Assembly (NCBI GenBank): GCA_964480865.1
Contig: CAYZRP010000009.1
Span: 26,475 to 90,474 of the forward strand
From: an uncultured Anaerolineales bacterium
GTDB lineage: Bacteria > Chloroflexota > Anaerolineae > Anaerolineales > UBA6663
DNA length: 64,000 nt
Direction: 5' to 3'
A program made the position numbers and the translations under genes. The notes beneath the pieces were generated by a model that saw only the letters and a program-made list of their open reading frames with translations, was not told the DNA's origin and did no database searches. Of the stretch, positions 34,611-44,978 are shown piece by piece (the stretch's first letter is position 1; every line of letters begins with the position of its first letter).

Positions 34611-37600
34611 GCCGACGACCCTGTCGCGCGTCGACGGCTGTGTCAGCGGGATCCGGATGACCACCGAGGTGCCGGCCCCAGGCGTGCTGACGATGTCGAA
34701 CTCGCCAGACACGTGTTCGATGCGTTCGCGCATGCCCAACAGCCCCAGTGACTTGCCGGGCTGGATCGCGCCGGCCTGCAGCCCACGGCCGTTGTCGATG
34801 ACGCGCAGCACAACAGCATCACCGTCGCGTTCCACGACCGCCGCAACTTCGCTCGCCTGAGCGTGTCGCGCGACGTTGGTCAGCGATTCCTGGAAGACCC
34901 GGAAGACCGCGATGCTCGTTTCCTCGTCGACGCTCAGATCCTCTACGGTGACGTTGATGTTGCACGCGATCCCGGTGCGCTTCTGGAACTCGCGCGCCTG
35001 CCACTCGAGCGCCGGCAGCAGACCCAGGCTGTCGAGGATCGCGGGTCGAAGCTCCGAGGCGATCCGGCGCACCGTCTGCACGGTGTCGTCGATCAGGTTG
35101 CTCAGCTCCTGCAGTTCCTCGTCGTTGAGGCTCTCGTTGCGTCGACGTCGCAGCCCGGCCACCATCATCTTCATGCCCGTTAACGTGCCGCCCATTTCAT
35201 CGTGGATCTCCTGAGCGATGTGTCGACGCTCGAATTCGCGGACGCGATGCTGATAGGCGGCCAGCTGGCGCAGCTCCTCCTGCGAATGACGCAGCGCCTC
35301 GGTTCGTTCGGCGACACGCTCTTCGAGCGTGGCGTTCCAGGTTTGAGCTTCGAGATACAACCGCGCGTTTTCGGCGGCCAGGGCCGCGCGGCGGGCGAAT
35401 TCCTCAGCCAGGGCGAGATCGTCGCCCGTGTAGCGGATGTTTGGGTTCGTGCGAACCAGCGCCAGAACGCCATGCGTGCCGCGACGGCCGAGGAGCGGAA
35501 CGAAGATGTGCGAGTTAACGGCCGGCTCGATGCCGGGGTCAGGTGACGCACCGGTGAGTCGCTGCAACACCGTCTGTCCGTCGCGCAAGACGCGGCCCAA
35601 GGGGCTGAAGGGGTCGGTGAGACTCGCGCGGTAAGACTGTTCGATGCGCTCGAGATCCGCCGCTGTCGCAGGATCTCCGTGAGCCCAGGCCTTGACGAGG
35701 AGCTCATGATCGACCTGCACCCAGACGATGGCGAAGTCGGCGAGACCGGTGACAGCGGCCTGCACGGCGGCTTCGAATGTCTCCTGCTCGTCGAGCGAAC
35801 GTGCCAGGAGCTTGCTGGCGTCGGCCAGGAAGGCCGAAGCGCGCGCGGCGGCGTCGGCCGAGGCGCGTGCGTGCCGTTCGGCCTCGAGCAACCGTGCCCG
35901 TTCGAGGGCCTGGGCGCATTGGGCGGCGAGCGCCAGAAGCAGATCCCGGTCCTCGGTCTCGAAGACCACGGCGCCCGCGAAGCTGAGTTCGATGGCGCCG
36001 ATGACGCGATCCGCCAGGACCAGCGGGACGATGGCGCGGGCCAGACCGAGGCTGTCGGCGAGCGCATCGGGGGCCTCGGCCCACACGGCATTGCCGCTGG
36101 CGATCACGCGTGCGACGGGTGAGGTCGCCAGGCCGGCCAGGCGCACCGGTCCCTCTGTTGGCTTGCCGGAATACCCGCGCGCGTGCGCCATGTCGATCGA
36201 CGTGCCGTCGTCGCTGACCACGAAGATGGCGCCAGCGGTGGCGCCGAGCGACGCCATGCTCGCCCGCACGGCCACTTCGAAGACCTGCTCCTGGGTCAGG
36301 GTCTGCGAGAGCAGGGCGGTGACGGTCTGCAGGCGCGTGATGCGCTCTCGATCAGCCTCGGCCCGGGCTCGCGCGACCTGCTCGTCGTGGAAGTAGGCGG
36401 CGTTCTCGATCGCCAGGGCCGCACGCCGGGCGACCTCGACGACGAGCGCCACGTCTTCCTGATCGAAGCTCCGGCCCGTGTCGAGGCGGGCCAGGCTCAG
36501 GGCGCCGAACGTGCGGTGCGCGGTGCGCAACGGAACGATCAGGAGCGTCCCAGGGCCCTGAGTCGTCAACCCGGCCACGGCCTCGGGGTCATCGCCTTCG
36601 GGCGGGGCGAACCGGGTCAGCTCAGGCTCGCCGCTCCGGATCACGGCCGGTGTGCCGTGCGTGGCATCAGGCACAAGCGGGTGTTCGCGCGCCAGGGCCC
36701 ATAGCCGCGGTTCGACCTCGGGATCGCGATGAACGGCGGCAGCGAGCCGGATGGACCCGTCGGGCTCGGCCAGGTTGAGCGTGCACCAGTCGGCGATGAC
36801 GGGCACCGCCAGACGCGCCACCTCCTGAAGCGTGCGCGCGACGTCGAGCGACTCGGTCAGGGCGCGCGTCGATTCGGCCAGGAACCAGGTTTGATCGGCG
36901 GCGCGTTTCCGGGCCGTGATGTCGGTGAAGGCACCCAGCACGCCGACGATGCCGCGAGCATCGCGCACCGGCGTGGTGCCCGCGAGCACCGCCACGGCGG
37001 TGCCATCTTTGCGGCGCAGCCGAAAATCAAACTCGTGGCTTTCGCCGCGCAGGTTGGCGTCGATGCGGGCGCGCACGGCTTCGCCATCCTCAGGGAAGCA
37101 GAAGTCGGTCAACGAGCGTCCGATCAATTCGTCTGGCGTACGGCCGAGCAGGTCTCCCAGATACGTGTTGGCGAACTGAGTCACGCCGTCGCGGTCGAGC
37201 AACCAGACGCCGCGGTTCGTGGTCTGCGCCATCGAGCGGAAGCGTTCTTCGCTCTCACGCAGGGCGACCTCCCACTGGTGTCGTTCGGTCAGATCGGTGA
37301 GTGCGCCGACCACACGCACGGCCTGGCCATGCGCGTCGCGAGCGATGAGCGTTCGTTCGAGCACATACGCGTAGTCGCCGTTCACGCGCCGGATGCGGTA
37401 CTCGAGCGTGCAGCCCGACGCGCCATCCTCTATCGCCTGGGAGAGCAGTCTGAGCGCCAGTTCACGATCATCCGGATGAAGCCGCGCGCTCCAGAACTTG
37501 AGGTCGCTCGAAGCCACATCGCTCTCTGAAGCGCCAAACTGAGCCGTGAAACTGTGGTTGTGCCAGACCCGCTCGGCGCGGATGTCCCAATCGAAGATGG

Positions 37601-40600
37601 CGTCTTGAGTGGCGGCGCCGACCATCTGCAGGCGCTCCTCACGCTCGCTCAAGTCGCGCAGCAGGCGGGCGTTCTCGTACGCCAGCCACGTGCGCTCGGT
37701 GACTGTGCGAATGAGCTCAAGATCGTCGTCATCCCATCGGCGTGGGGCGTCGTGCGTCACCATCAGCGCGCCGACCCAGCGCCCCTCGCGCATCAGCGGC
37801 GCCGCCACGCCTGATCGGATCGACCGCTCCTCGTACGAACGCGCCTGGCCAGCCGTCAGCGGGTCGACCCGCACGTCGGCGATCGCGACGGTTTGCCCGA
37901 GGCTCAGATGGGCACGCAACTGCCCGGCCCCGAGTGCGTTGAGCGAACGCATCTCTGTCGACAGCGGTTGCTGGATATCGATGACGTCCACGGCGTGAAC
38001 CCCAAGGAAGCCGGCCAATGCTCGCGAAGCCGTGGCGCGCACCGCTTGGGGATCCACGACTCTATCAAGTTGCTCATGGAGTTCGGCCAGGAAGCGGCTG
38101 CGCGCTTCCCGGCGGAGCAGATCGGCCTCGGCACGTTTGTGCTCGGTCATGTCGACCATGACCGCCACGATCGAGCTCCGTTTGCCGTCCCGATCGGTGA
38201 TCGCCGACACGCTCTTGTCGATCCATACGATCGAACCATCGGGCCGGATGTAGCGTTTCTGAATCGCGAACGGCACACCCTCGTCGACAAGCCGGCGCAG
38301 CGAGTCGACCGTCAGTTGCAGGTCGTCGGGATGCGTGATGTCGTGCATGCGCATCTTGCCGACGAGTTCGTCGCGCGTGTAGCCTGTCAACTCGCAATAG
38401 CGATCATTGACGAACACATATCTGCCCGTCAGGTCGGTTTCGATGATGGCGCTGATGGTCTGGTTCACCAGGGCGCCCAGGTGCTGGTCGGAGGCGCGTA
38501 ACGCTTCTTCGGCATGGACGCGGTCGATGGCGGCCCAGGTGCGCTCGGCTGTCTCCCGCACGACCGCCATCTCGTCCGCGGTCCACGCGCGAGGCTCAGA
38601 CTGGACGAGACAGAGAAGGGCAGCGAGCCGGCCCTCGCGCACCAACGGATGGGCGATGAAGGCGCCGATCTGGCCGGGCACGACGTCTTCTCGCTCCAGT
38701 AGCGTCAACCTGGGACTGGCGGCCGCATCCGCGATCGCGACCGGGCGCTCCGCGTCGAATTCCGTCAGCAGGAAGGGATCCAGGTCGCGCAATCTGAACC
38801 GCCGGGGGAGATCGGCCGCCGCCGGCGACGCGAACGCGTCATGGGCTGTGACCAGGTGTTCACCGTCGGGCGCGATATCGAAAAACCGAACGAGATCGGT
38901 CCGCAGGTGGAGCCCGAGAATGCGGGCCGAGGTTGCCATCAGTTGACCGGCGTCGGTCAGCGGACGCAGGGCATCTGAAAGACGCACACGGTAAGCATCC
39001 AGTTCAGCGGCGCGGCGCAACTGCTCCTCGGCCACGATGCGCTCATGGCGCGCCGAAACACGCCGGCCCACTTCGCCGACCAGTTCGATCTCGTCGTCGC
39101 GCCAGGTTCGGGGGCGGCTGTCGTGAATGCCAAAGATGAAACGCAGATCGCCGACGCGGTGAAGCGGAATGCCGACGAAAGCCCTGGCCGTGATCAACCG
39201 GTCGCCATCTGTGTAGGTGAGCGGGCTGCCCGACAGATCGTGAGCCACCATCGCTTCTCCCGCGTTGGCCTCAGCAACCTGATCGGCGAGCGCCGCTTCG
39301 GAAATATGGAGTGGTTCAGGGATCCCTGAAGTGTCGGGTCCATTCCAATAGCCCAGGAACGTGAGCGTGTCCTCCGCCACATTCAATGCGACGTATTCGC
39401 AGAAGGGCACGTCGAGGTGCCGCTCAAGGGTTCGGCCGACGGCGCGAGTGATGTCCACGATGGATGTGTGTCGCGCCAGGTCGTTCGTGATCTCCGCCAG
39501 GAGCGCGGCGTTCGCCTCGCGCCGCTTGCGCGCCGTCACGTCCTGGTATACGACAGCGACACGTCGATCGTCGTTGGCGCCGATCTTGAAGGCGAAGAAA
39601 TCAAACCAGGTGTCGACGGAGCGGTCGTACTGCTCGCGTCGCTCGCTGATGCCGGTTCGAGCGACGCGGTCATAGGTCTCGAACCATGAGCGCTCGATGG
39701 TCGGGTGCAGGTCGAGCGCTTTGCGGCCGACCAGCGGCCCGCCCAGGGTGCGCTCGGCTGTGGGATTCGCCTCGAGATAGAGCGCATCGACCGGGGTTCC
39801 GTGATCGTCGTAGAGGACGTCGAGCAGCACGTAGCCTTCGTCGATGGAGGTGAACAGCGACCTGTACTTCTCTTCAGACTCACGGGTCACGGTCTCAGCC
39901 CGGCGTCGCTCCGTGATGTCACTGAAGATCAAGGCGACTTTGCGTTCGTGCGGCTGCCCAACCCGGGCGGCCTCAACGTCAAACAGCCGGCCCATGGCCA
40001 GCGAGCCCATCTCAAAGCGCTCGGTCTCGCCTGTCTCGGCGACCCGTGCGTAGCGCTCCACCCAGGCCATCTCGAGGTCGGGCACCATCGACCGGGCCGT
40101 CCGGCCAACCGGGTTGGTCAGGCCGGTATGTTGTTCGAAAGTGGGGTTGACCTCCAGGAAGCGATAGTCGACGGCCTGGCCATCGGCGTCGTAGAGTATC
40201 TCGAACACGCAGAAGCCCTGATCGATGCTCTCGAGAAGGTTGCGGTAGCGTGCCTCGCCGGAGCGCAACTGCTCTTCCGCCTGTCTGCGAGCTGTGATGT
40301 CTTGCAGAAACGCAATCGTGTACAGCAGAGCGCCATCGCCATCGCGCACCGCGCGCGCTGTAAGCGCCACCCAGACGGTCGAGCCGTCCTCCCGGCGTAC
40401 CCGGCGTTCGAGCGCGATGTCGTCTGTATCGCCGCGCGCGATCCGCTCGCGTAATTCAATCTGAAGCGGGGTCTCGTCAGGATGGCTGAGCGCCTGCCAA
40501 TCCATGGTCAACAGGGCCCGCGGTGTGTAGCCGACCATCTCGGCCAGCCGATCGTTCACATTGATGAAGCCGCCCTCCGGGTCGAACAGGGCGATACCGA

Positions 40601-41951
40601 CGGCGGCGTTTTCGAACATGGTGCGGTAGCGACGTTCGCTCTCGCTGAGCGCCGCACTATGCGCTGAGCGCTCGCTGACGTCTCGCATGATCAGCAGAAC
40701 TGCCCATCCATCTTCGGTGTCATACGGCGTCGCCGACACCTCGACGTCCACAACGGTGCCGTCGAGGCGCAGGATTTTCTCCTCGAGAGGCGGGACGCGC
40801 CGACCTGCAGCCAGCAACTCCAGACGCTCGCGCACAGCCGCGTGCCAGGCTGGATGAATCAGATCGAACGGCGACTTGCCCAGGATCTGACCGGCGTCCT
40901 CGGCTCCGAACAGGCGCACCGCTGCGGGATTGGCAAACGTGTAGATCCCATCTTGATGGATCAGGATCGCGTCAGGCGAGAGCTCGATCAACCCCCGATA
41001 GCGCGCCTCGCCCGTTCGAAGCGCCAGTTCGGTGGTCTTGCGCTCCTGGATGTCGGAGGTATGGCCGATGACCCGAATCGGCCGGCCCTGCTCATCGCGC
41101 ACCATCAGGCCGCGCTCCAACACCCAGACGATGGCGCCGTCCTTGCGGCGGATCCGGTATTCGTTGCTGAACCCATCGCCAGTCATCTCGCGGATGATGG
41201 CTGCGGCATCCTGATGACCTGTCGGGGCCGCGTGCGACGGATGGATCAACCGACCCCACGATCCCCAGGTCGGGGACATCTCGGCCATCGTGTAGCCCGT
41301 GACATGCTCGACCTCGCGGCTGCGGGTAACGGATCCGGTCTCAAGATCCCACTCCCAATCGAAACCGTTGGCAGCCTGCACGACAGCGCTGACTTCGTCG
41401 CGCCAGGTCAGGGCGATTGGGCCAGCGGCTCCTTGCGCAGCGTTCCGTTCTCCGATGATCAACTGCGCGCACGACGCGGCCAGGATCCTGGCCATTTCGA
41501 GATCATCTGCGTCCCGAAAGGCCTCTGCGCGGATGGCGCTAAAACCCAGCGCTCCACGTTGCTGACCCGCCGCGATGGGCACGATCATCAAGGACTCGTG
41601 GCCAACGGGCGGGAACGCCCGAACCGCGACGGTATCGGCATCGATGTCTGTAGAGAGCACCTGGGGCGAATCAGCAAGCACTGCGCGGACGATGGGCTCG
41701 GCGTCGTCGTTGACCACAACGGATCCGGCCGTATGGCTCATGCGGCCGGAGGTTCGTTCGAGCGTGAGCAGACCGGGTTCCGGGCCGAGCAGGGCGATCA
41801 CGCCGGCGTCGGCTGAGAGGAGCCGTCGCCCCTGTTCAAGCAGGACGTCGAGGGCCCTCGAGGGCGGCAGAGCGGCGGCAAGTGCATCCAGCATCGACTG
41901 CCAGCGAGACGACAGATCGGGCCGGGATGAAGGCCTATCAGTTGCGGACAT
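34602..41951 (-). CDS. Giant multi-sensor histidine kinase (alternating GAF and PAS modules, HisKA_3, HATPase_c)
   Basis: 2449 aa with no TM segment. By eye there are about eight PAS-like and seven GAF-like segments, separated by (D/E)(I/V)T(E/A)RK coiled-coil linkers. C-terminal H-box RHIAQEIHDEMGG (HisKA_3) and an ATPase domain with DNGRG. Confidence 0.9.
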   Translation of the reverse strand: MSATDRPSSRPDLSSRWQSMLDALAAALPPSRALDVLLEQGRRLLSADAGVIALLGPEPGLLTLERTSGRMSHTAGSVVVNDDAEPIVRAVLADSPQVLSTDIDADTVAVRAFPPVGHESLMIVPIAAGQQRGALGFSAIRAEAFRDADDLEMARILAASCAQLIIGERNAAQGAAGPIALTWRDEVSAVVQAANGFDWEWDLETGSVTRSREVEHVTGYTMAEMSPTWGSWGRLIHPSHAAPTGHQDAAAIIREMTGDGFSNEYRIRRKDGAIVWVLERGLMVRDEQGRPIRVIGHTSDIQERKTTELALRTGEARYRGLIELSPDAILIHQDGIYTFANPAAVRLFGAEDAGQILGKSPFDLIHPAWHAAVRERLELLAAGRRVPPLEEKILRLDGTVVDVEVSATPYDTEDGWAVLLIMRDVSERSAHSAALSESERRYRTMFENAAVGIALFDPEGGFINVNDRLAEMVGYTPRALLTMDWQALSHPDETPLQIELRERIARGDTDDIALERRVRREDGSTVWVALTARAVRDGDGALLYTIAFLQDITARRQAEEQLRSGEARYRNLLESIDQGFCVFEILYDADGQAVDYRFLEVNPTFEQHTGLTNPVGRTARSMVPDLEMAWVERYARVAETGETERFEMGSLAMGRLFDVEAARVGQPHERKVALIFSDITERRRAETVTRESEEKYRSLFTSIDEGYVLLDVLYDDHGTPVDALYLEANPTAERTLGGPLVGRKALDLHPTIERSWFETYDRVARTGISERREQYDRSVDTWFDFFAFKIGANDDRRVAVVYQDVTARKRREANAALLAEITNDLARHTSIVDITRAVGRTLERHLDVPFCEYVALNVAEDTLTFLGYWNGPDTSGIPEPLHISEAALADQVAEANAGEAMVAHDLSGSPLTYTDGDRLITARAFVGIPLHRVGDLRFIFGIHDSRPRTWRDDEIELVGEVGRRVSARHERIVAEEQLRRAAELDAYRVRLSDALRPLTDAGQLMATSARILGLHLRTDLVRFFDIAPDGEHLVTAHDAFASPAAADLPRRFRLRDLDPFLLTEFDAERPVAIADAAASPRLTLLEREDVVPGQIGAFIAHPLVREGRLAALLCLVQSEPRAWTADEMAVVRETAERTWAAIDRVHAEEALRASDQHLGALVNQTISAIIETDLTGRYVFVNDRYCELTGYTRDELVGKMRMHDITHPDDLQLTVDSLRRLVDEGVPFAIQKRYIRPDGSIVWIDKSVSAITDRDGKRSSIVAVMVDMTEHKRAEADLLRREARSRFLAELHEQLDRVVDPQAVRATASRALAGFLGVHAVDVIDIQQPLSTEMRSLNALGAGQLRAHLSLGQTVAIADVRVDPLTAGQARSYEERSIRSGVAAPLMREGRWVGALMVTHDAPRRWDDDDLELIRTVTERTWLAYENARLLRDLSEREERLQMVGAATQDAIFDWDIRAERVWHNHSFTAQFGASESDVASSDLKFWSARLHPDDRELALRLLSQAIEDGASGCTLEYRIRRVNGDYAYVLERTLIARDAHGQAVRVVGALTDLTERHQWEVALRESEERFRSMAQTTNRGVWLLDRDGVTQFANTYLGDLLGRTPDELIGRSLTDFCFPEDGEAVRARIDANLRGESHEFDFRLRRKDGTAVAVLAGTTPVRDARGIVGVLGAFTDITARKRAADQTWFLAESTRALTESLDVARTLQEVARLAVPVIADWCTLNLAEPDGSIRLAAAVHRDPEVEPRLWALAREHPLVPDATHGTPAVIRSGEPELTRFAPPEGDDPEAVAGLTTQGPGTLLIVPLRTAHRTFGALSLARLDTGRSFDQEDVALVVEVARRAALAIENAAYFHDEQVARARAEADRERITRLQTVTALLSQTLTQEQVFEVAVRASMASLGATAGAIFVVSDDGTSIDMAHARGYSGKPTEGPVRLAGLATSPVARVIASGNAVWAEAPDALADSLGLARAIVPLVLADRVIGAIELSFAGAVVFETEDRDLLLALAAQCAQALERARLLEAERHARASADAAARASAFLADASKLLARSLDEQETFEAAVQAAVTGLADFAIVWVQVDHELLVKAWAHGDPATAADLERIEQSYRASLTDPFSPLGRVLRDGQTVLQRLTGASPDPGIEPAVNSHIFVPLLGRRGTHGVLALVRTNPNIRYTGDDLALAEEFARRAALAAENARLYLEAQTWNATLEERVAERTEALRHSQEELRQLAAYQHRVREFERRHIAQEIHDEMGGTLTGMKMMVAGLRRRRNESLNDEELQELSNLIDDTVQTVRRIASELRPAILDSLGLLPALEWQAREFQKRTGIACNINVTVEDLSVDEETSIAVFRVFQESLTNVARHAQASEVAAVVERDGDAVVLRVIDNGRGLQAGAIQPGKSLGLLGMRERIEHVSGEFDIVSTPGAGTSVVIRIPLTQPSTRDRVVGSA

Positions 41952-42264
41952 TGTGCTCCAATTCGGTCAGGGCCATGCACATCCTGCGCTCGTTGCCGGC
42001 TCCCTACCGGTCGACGTCGCGGCGTGACATCCATCGTGTTGCGCGCCGGCCCATCGACCTGCGCGTTGTTTATCGGAGAGAAGGGGCCTGAGTCTCGGCA
42101 AGGACGCTCCGAACCACTGTAGTCAACCAGCCTTGCGGCCCCGGCGATCGGAAGTGTTGGTGCTCGATGATCGAGCCGCCCTCTGACTCATCGTCCATCA
42201 ATCGCAGAAATTGTATGACAAAGAACCTGATTATCACATTTAGTCAGGAATCGATTTGTATGAA

Positions 42265-42291
42265 CAGGCTCGGCCTATCTGGCCGAGCCTG
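42265..42291 (-). terminator. Probable intrinsic terminator after the ADH operon
   Basis: Perfect 11-bp stem CAGGCTCGGCC/GGCCGAGCCTG with a 5-nt loop, 25 nt downstream of the stop at 42316. The minus-strand tail UUCAUACAAAUCGAUU is only moderately U-rich. Confidence 0.45.
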
Positions 42292-42315
42292 TGTTCACCC
42301 TCTGTACGATTTGTC

Positions 42316-43549
42316 CTACAGGGGCATGGCCTGCACGCTATCAGCGGTCCTGGCCGTGGTTGAGACTTTCGACAACTCAGGCTTCAGGACGACCTTGATG
42401 CACCCATCCTGTTTCTTCTTGAACGTTTCATACGCTTGAGGCGCCTCGTCAAGCCCGAGGCGATGGGTGATGATGTAGGTCGGGTCGATGTCGCCGCGCT
42501 GAATGCGATCCAGCAGGGTCGGCATGTACTTGTGAACATGCGTCTGCCCCATGCGCAGCGTCAGGCCCTTTGAGAAGGCCGCGCCCATCGGCATCTTGTC
42601 GATGAACCCGCCGTACACGCCCGGGATCGAGACCACGCCGCCCTTCCGGCAGGCCTGGATCACCTGGCGCAGGGCCGTCGGGCGATCGGTCTCGAGGCGC
42701 AGGGCCTGTTTGGCTTTGTCATAGAGGTAGTCGGGCTTGACGCCGTGCGCCTCCAGGCCGACGGCGTCGATGCATACGTCCGGTCCGCGCCCGCCGGTCA
42801 TGACCTTCAACTGCTCGACGACATCCGGATTGTCCTCGTAGTTCACCTCCTCGGCGCGCGCTCGTGTGGCCGCCAGCCGCAGTCGTTCGGGCACGCGATC
42901 GATGACGATCACGCGTTCGGCACCCAACAGCCAGGCGCTCGACGCCGTCAGCAACCCGACGGGCCCGGCGCCCCAGATCGCCACGGTGTCGCCGCGCTGG
43001 ATGCCGCCGTTCTCGGCAGCCATGTAGCCAGTGGGAAGGATGTCAGAGAGGAACAGGACTTGCTCGTCTGTCAGGCTTTCGGGGATCGGGAAGAGGCCCA
43101 CATCCGAGAAGGGAACGCGCACGTATTCGGCCTGGCCGCCGGCATAGCCGCCAAAGAGATGTGAGTAACCGAAGAGGCCCGAGGCCGAATGCCCATACAG
43201 GGCTTCAGCCGCAGATGCGTTCGGGTTTGAATTGTCGCACAGCGACCAGAGTTCGCGCTCACAGAAAAAAACACTTGCCGCACGAAATCGTGAACGGCAC
43301 CACAACCCGCTCGCCGATACGGCGGCCGGGCACGTCAGCGCCGAGCTCGACGATCTCGCCCATGAACTCATGGCCGAGGATGTCGCCCGGCATCATCGTC
43401 GGGATATAGCCGTCGTACAGGTGCAGGTCAGACCCGCAGATCGCGGTCGACGTGACTTTAATGATCGCGTCTCGCGGATTGAGGATCTTGGGATCTGGCA
43501 CGTTCTCGACCCTCACATCCAGGGGGCCGTTCCAGCAGACCGCTTTCAT
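42316..43549 (-). pseudogene. Zn-dependent alcohol/formaldehyde dehydrogenase (MDR family) interrupted by a 1-nt frameshift in a T7 run
   Basis: The N-terminal 96-aa ORF (43259-43549: CGSDLH, GHEFMG, ...SCGKCFFL*) and the 351-aa ORF (42316-43371: ...[16 protein letters not shown]...) join into one MDR protein if one A of the A7 run at 43265-43271 (+ strand) is removed. The join restores the C-x2-C-x2-C-x7-C structural-zinc motif. Confidence 0.8.
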
Positions 43550-44043
43550 GTTTGGGCCTCGTCTCCGCGCTCGATCGTATCGTCGAGCTCCTTCTCGATG
43601 TCTGCCTCATCTTCGATGGTCAGAGTCGGCTCGTCCTTCAGATCGCCCCAGCGTTCGACGCGCCCCTCGGAGTCGGGTTCAGCGTCGGCGGCCGAGGCGG
43701 GGTTCAACTCCCAGCGTTCTTCGTCCCGTCGGCGCATCTTGCCGGCGTAGTTGAGCGGCTCGTCATCCTGATAGGTCAGCCCGGCGGCCGCCCCGATTTC
43801 GTCGACGCGATCCTGGTCTGGCGTGGCCACCGAGCCGCCGACGCTTTCCTCGCCCACCATATCTGTCCGCTCCCAATCCGCGTCCACATCGCCGCCGGAG
43901 AGTGCCGGGGATTGATTGGTCTGTTCGTCGAGGCGTTCGCGCAGGTTGCGCGAATCGATCGGCAGGTTCTCGCGTTCCTTCAGATCCTCTCGGGCCTGCT
44001 TCTCAAGCGAGCGCCGTCCAGGTTTGTTTGTCATGGGCTTCAC
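43546..44043 (-). CDS. Highly acidic, low-complexity hypothetical protein
   Basis: 165 aa, rich in D/E/R ([36 protein letters not shown]). ATGA overlaps at both ends couple it to the flanking genes. Confidence 0.65.
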   Translation of the reverse strand: MKPMTNKPGRRSLEKQAREDLKERENLPIDSRNLRERLDEQTNQSPALSGGDVDADWERTDMVGEESVGGSVATPDQDRVDEIGAAAGLTYQDDEPLNYAGKMRRRDEERWELNPASAADAEPDSEGRVERWGDLKDEPTLTIEDEADIEKELDDTIERGDEAQT

Positions 44044-44786
44044 CTCCCCATGGGTCGACTTGACGATTGCCCGCGGGTCGTCGGGATCTCCGAGGTCTCC
44101 ATCACCTGCTTGAAGCGGCGCAGGTCTTCACGGATCTGGGTGGCCGGATCCTCACCAAAGATCCTGGCGAAGGCGGCGCCCAGCTTGCCCGCCGGTGGAT
44201 CGTATTTGAGGACGACCCGAATGATGGTGCCGTTGCCGTGCGGATCCTGCGTGAAATACACGAGGCCTGTGGTGTTAACTTGCGGCGAGCCGTCATGCGG
44301 GCCTTCAAGCGAGCGCCAGCCCAACGCCTGATTCGGCCGGTCGACCGTGATCTCGGCATCCCACTCGGCCTTGAGCCCGATCGGGCCCCTGGCCACCCAA
44401 TGGGAGCGGCGGTCGTCGATGACCGTGACCGATTCGAGGTGTCGCATGATCTGTGAGAGGTTTTCGAGCTTGCGCCAGTAGCGGTAGAGCTCGTCGGCCG
44501 GGCGGTTCACGGTGACAGCGTGTTCAACGGTGACGCCTTCTTCGCTCAGCGTGTGCCCGTCCGTCCAACTGGCCGGGAGTGGAAGCGGCAACCGCTGCAG
44601 AAGTGGGGTCAGGTAACGACCCTGGGTGCCTGAGTGGAACGCGACGTTGGCGCCAAGGATGGCAAGGCCAACCCCGGTCCTGGATCGACGCGACAACCCG
44701 TACAATGCGAGTGCGCCGCCGGCTGCCAGGCCGGCCCAGCGAGCAATTTGGGGATACGATTTGGTCTGCATCTCGGTGGCTTGCAT
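44040..44786 (-). CDS. Membrane-anchored SRPBCC (cyclase/dehydrase-like) protein
   Basis: 248 aa. The N-terminus has two short TM helices (DUF2892-like: WAGLAAGGALALYGL...GLAILGANVAF), followed by a START/SRPBCC-like domain (YRYWRKLENLSQIMRHL). Confidence 0.75.
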   Translation of the reverse strand: MQATEMQTKSYPQIARWAGLAAGGALALYGLSRRSRTGVGLAILGANVAFHSGTQGRYLTPLLQRLPLPLPASWTDGHTLSEEGVTVEHAVTVNRPADELYRYWRKLENLSQIMRHLESVTVIDDRRSHWVARGPIGLKAEWDAEITVDRPNQALGWRSLEGPHDGSPQVNTTGLVYFTQDPHGNGTIIRVVLKYDPPAGKLGAAFARIFGEDPATQIREDLRRFKQVMETSEIPTTRGQSSSRPMGR

Positions 44787-44978
44787 AAATCACCTGGAGC
44801 GCCTGACCCGCTGTTTCGGGCTCAGGGCGTAACGTGTAGGCCACCATAGTTGACATCGCCCGGGCGATCTATCGGTATCGGCCCCGGACTGTGTAGGAAG
44901 ACGGCTGACAAGGTTTGTCTAAGGTCTCCCTGAGTCTGTCGAGCGTGTCCAGATCGATGATCCTTCAAGGAGCACACC

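Noticed and set aside
43259-43275. Programmed ribosomal frameshift in the ADH gene
   Set aside because: The required shift is +1, and no obvious stimulatory element or conserved prfB-like context is present. A homopolymer indel (error or mutation) is the more parsimonious explanation. I cannot exclude transcriptional slippage, so it is mentioned in the finding.
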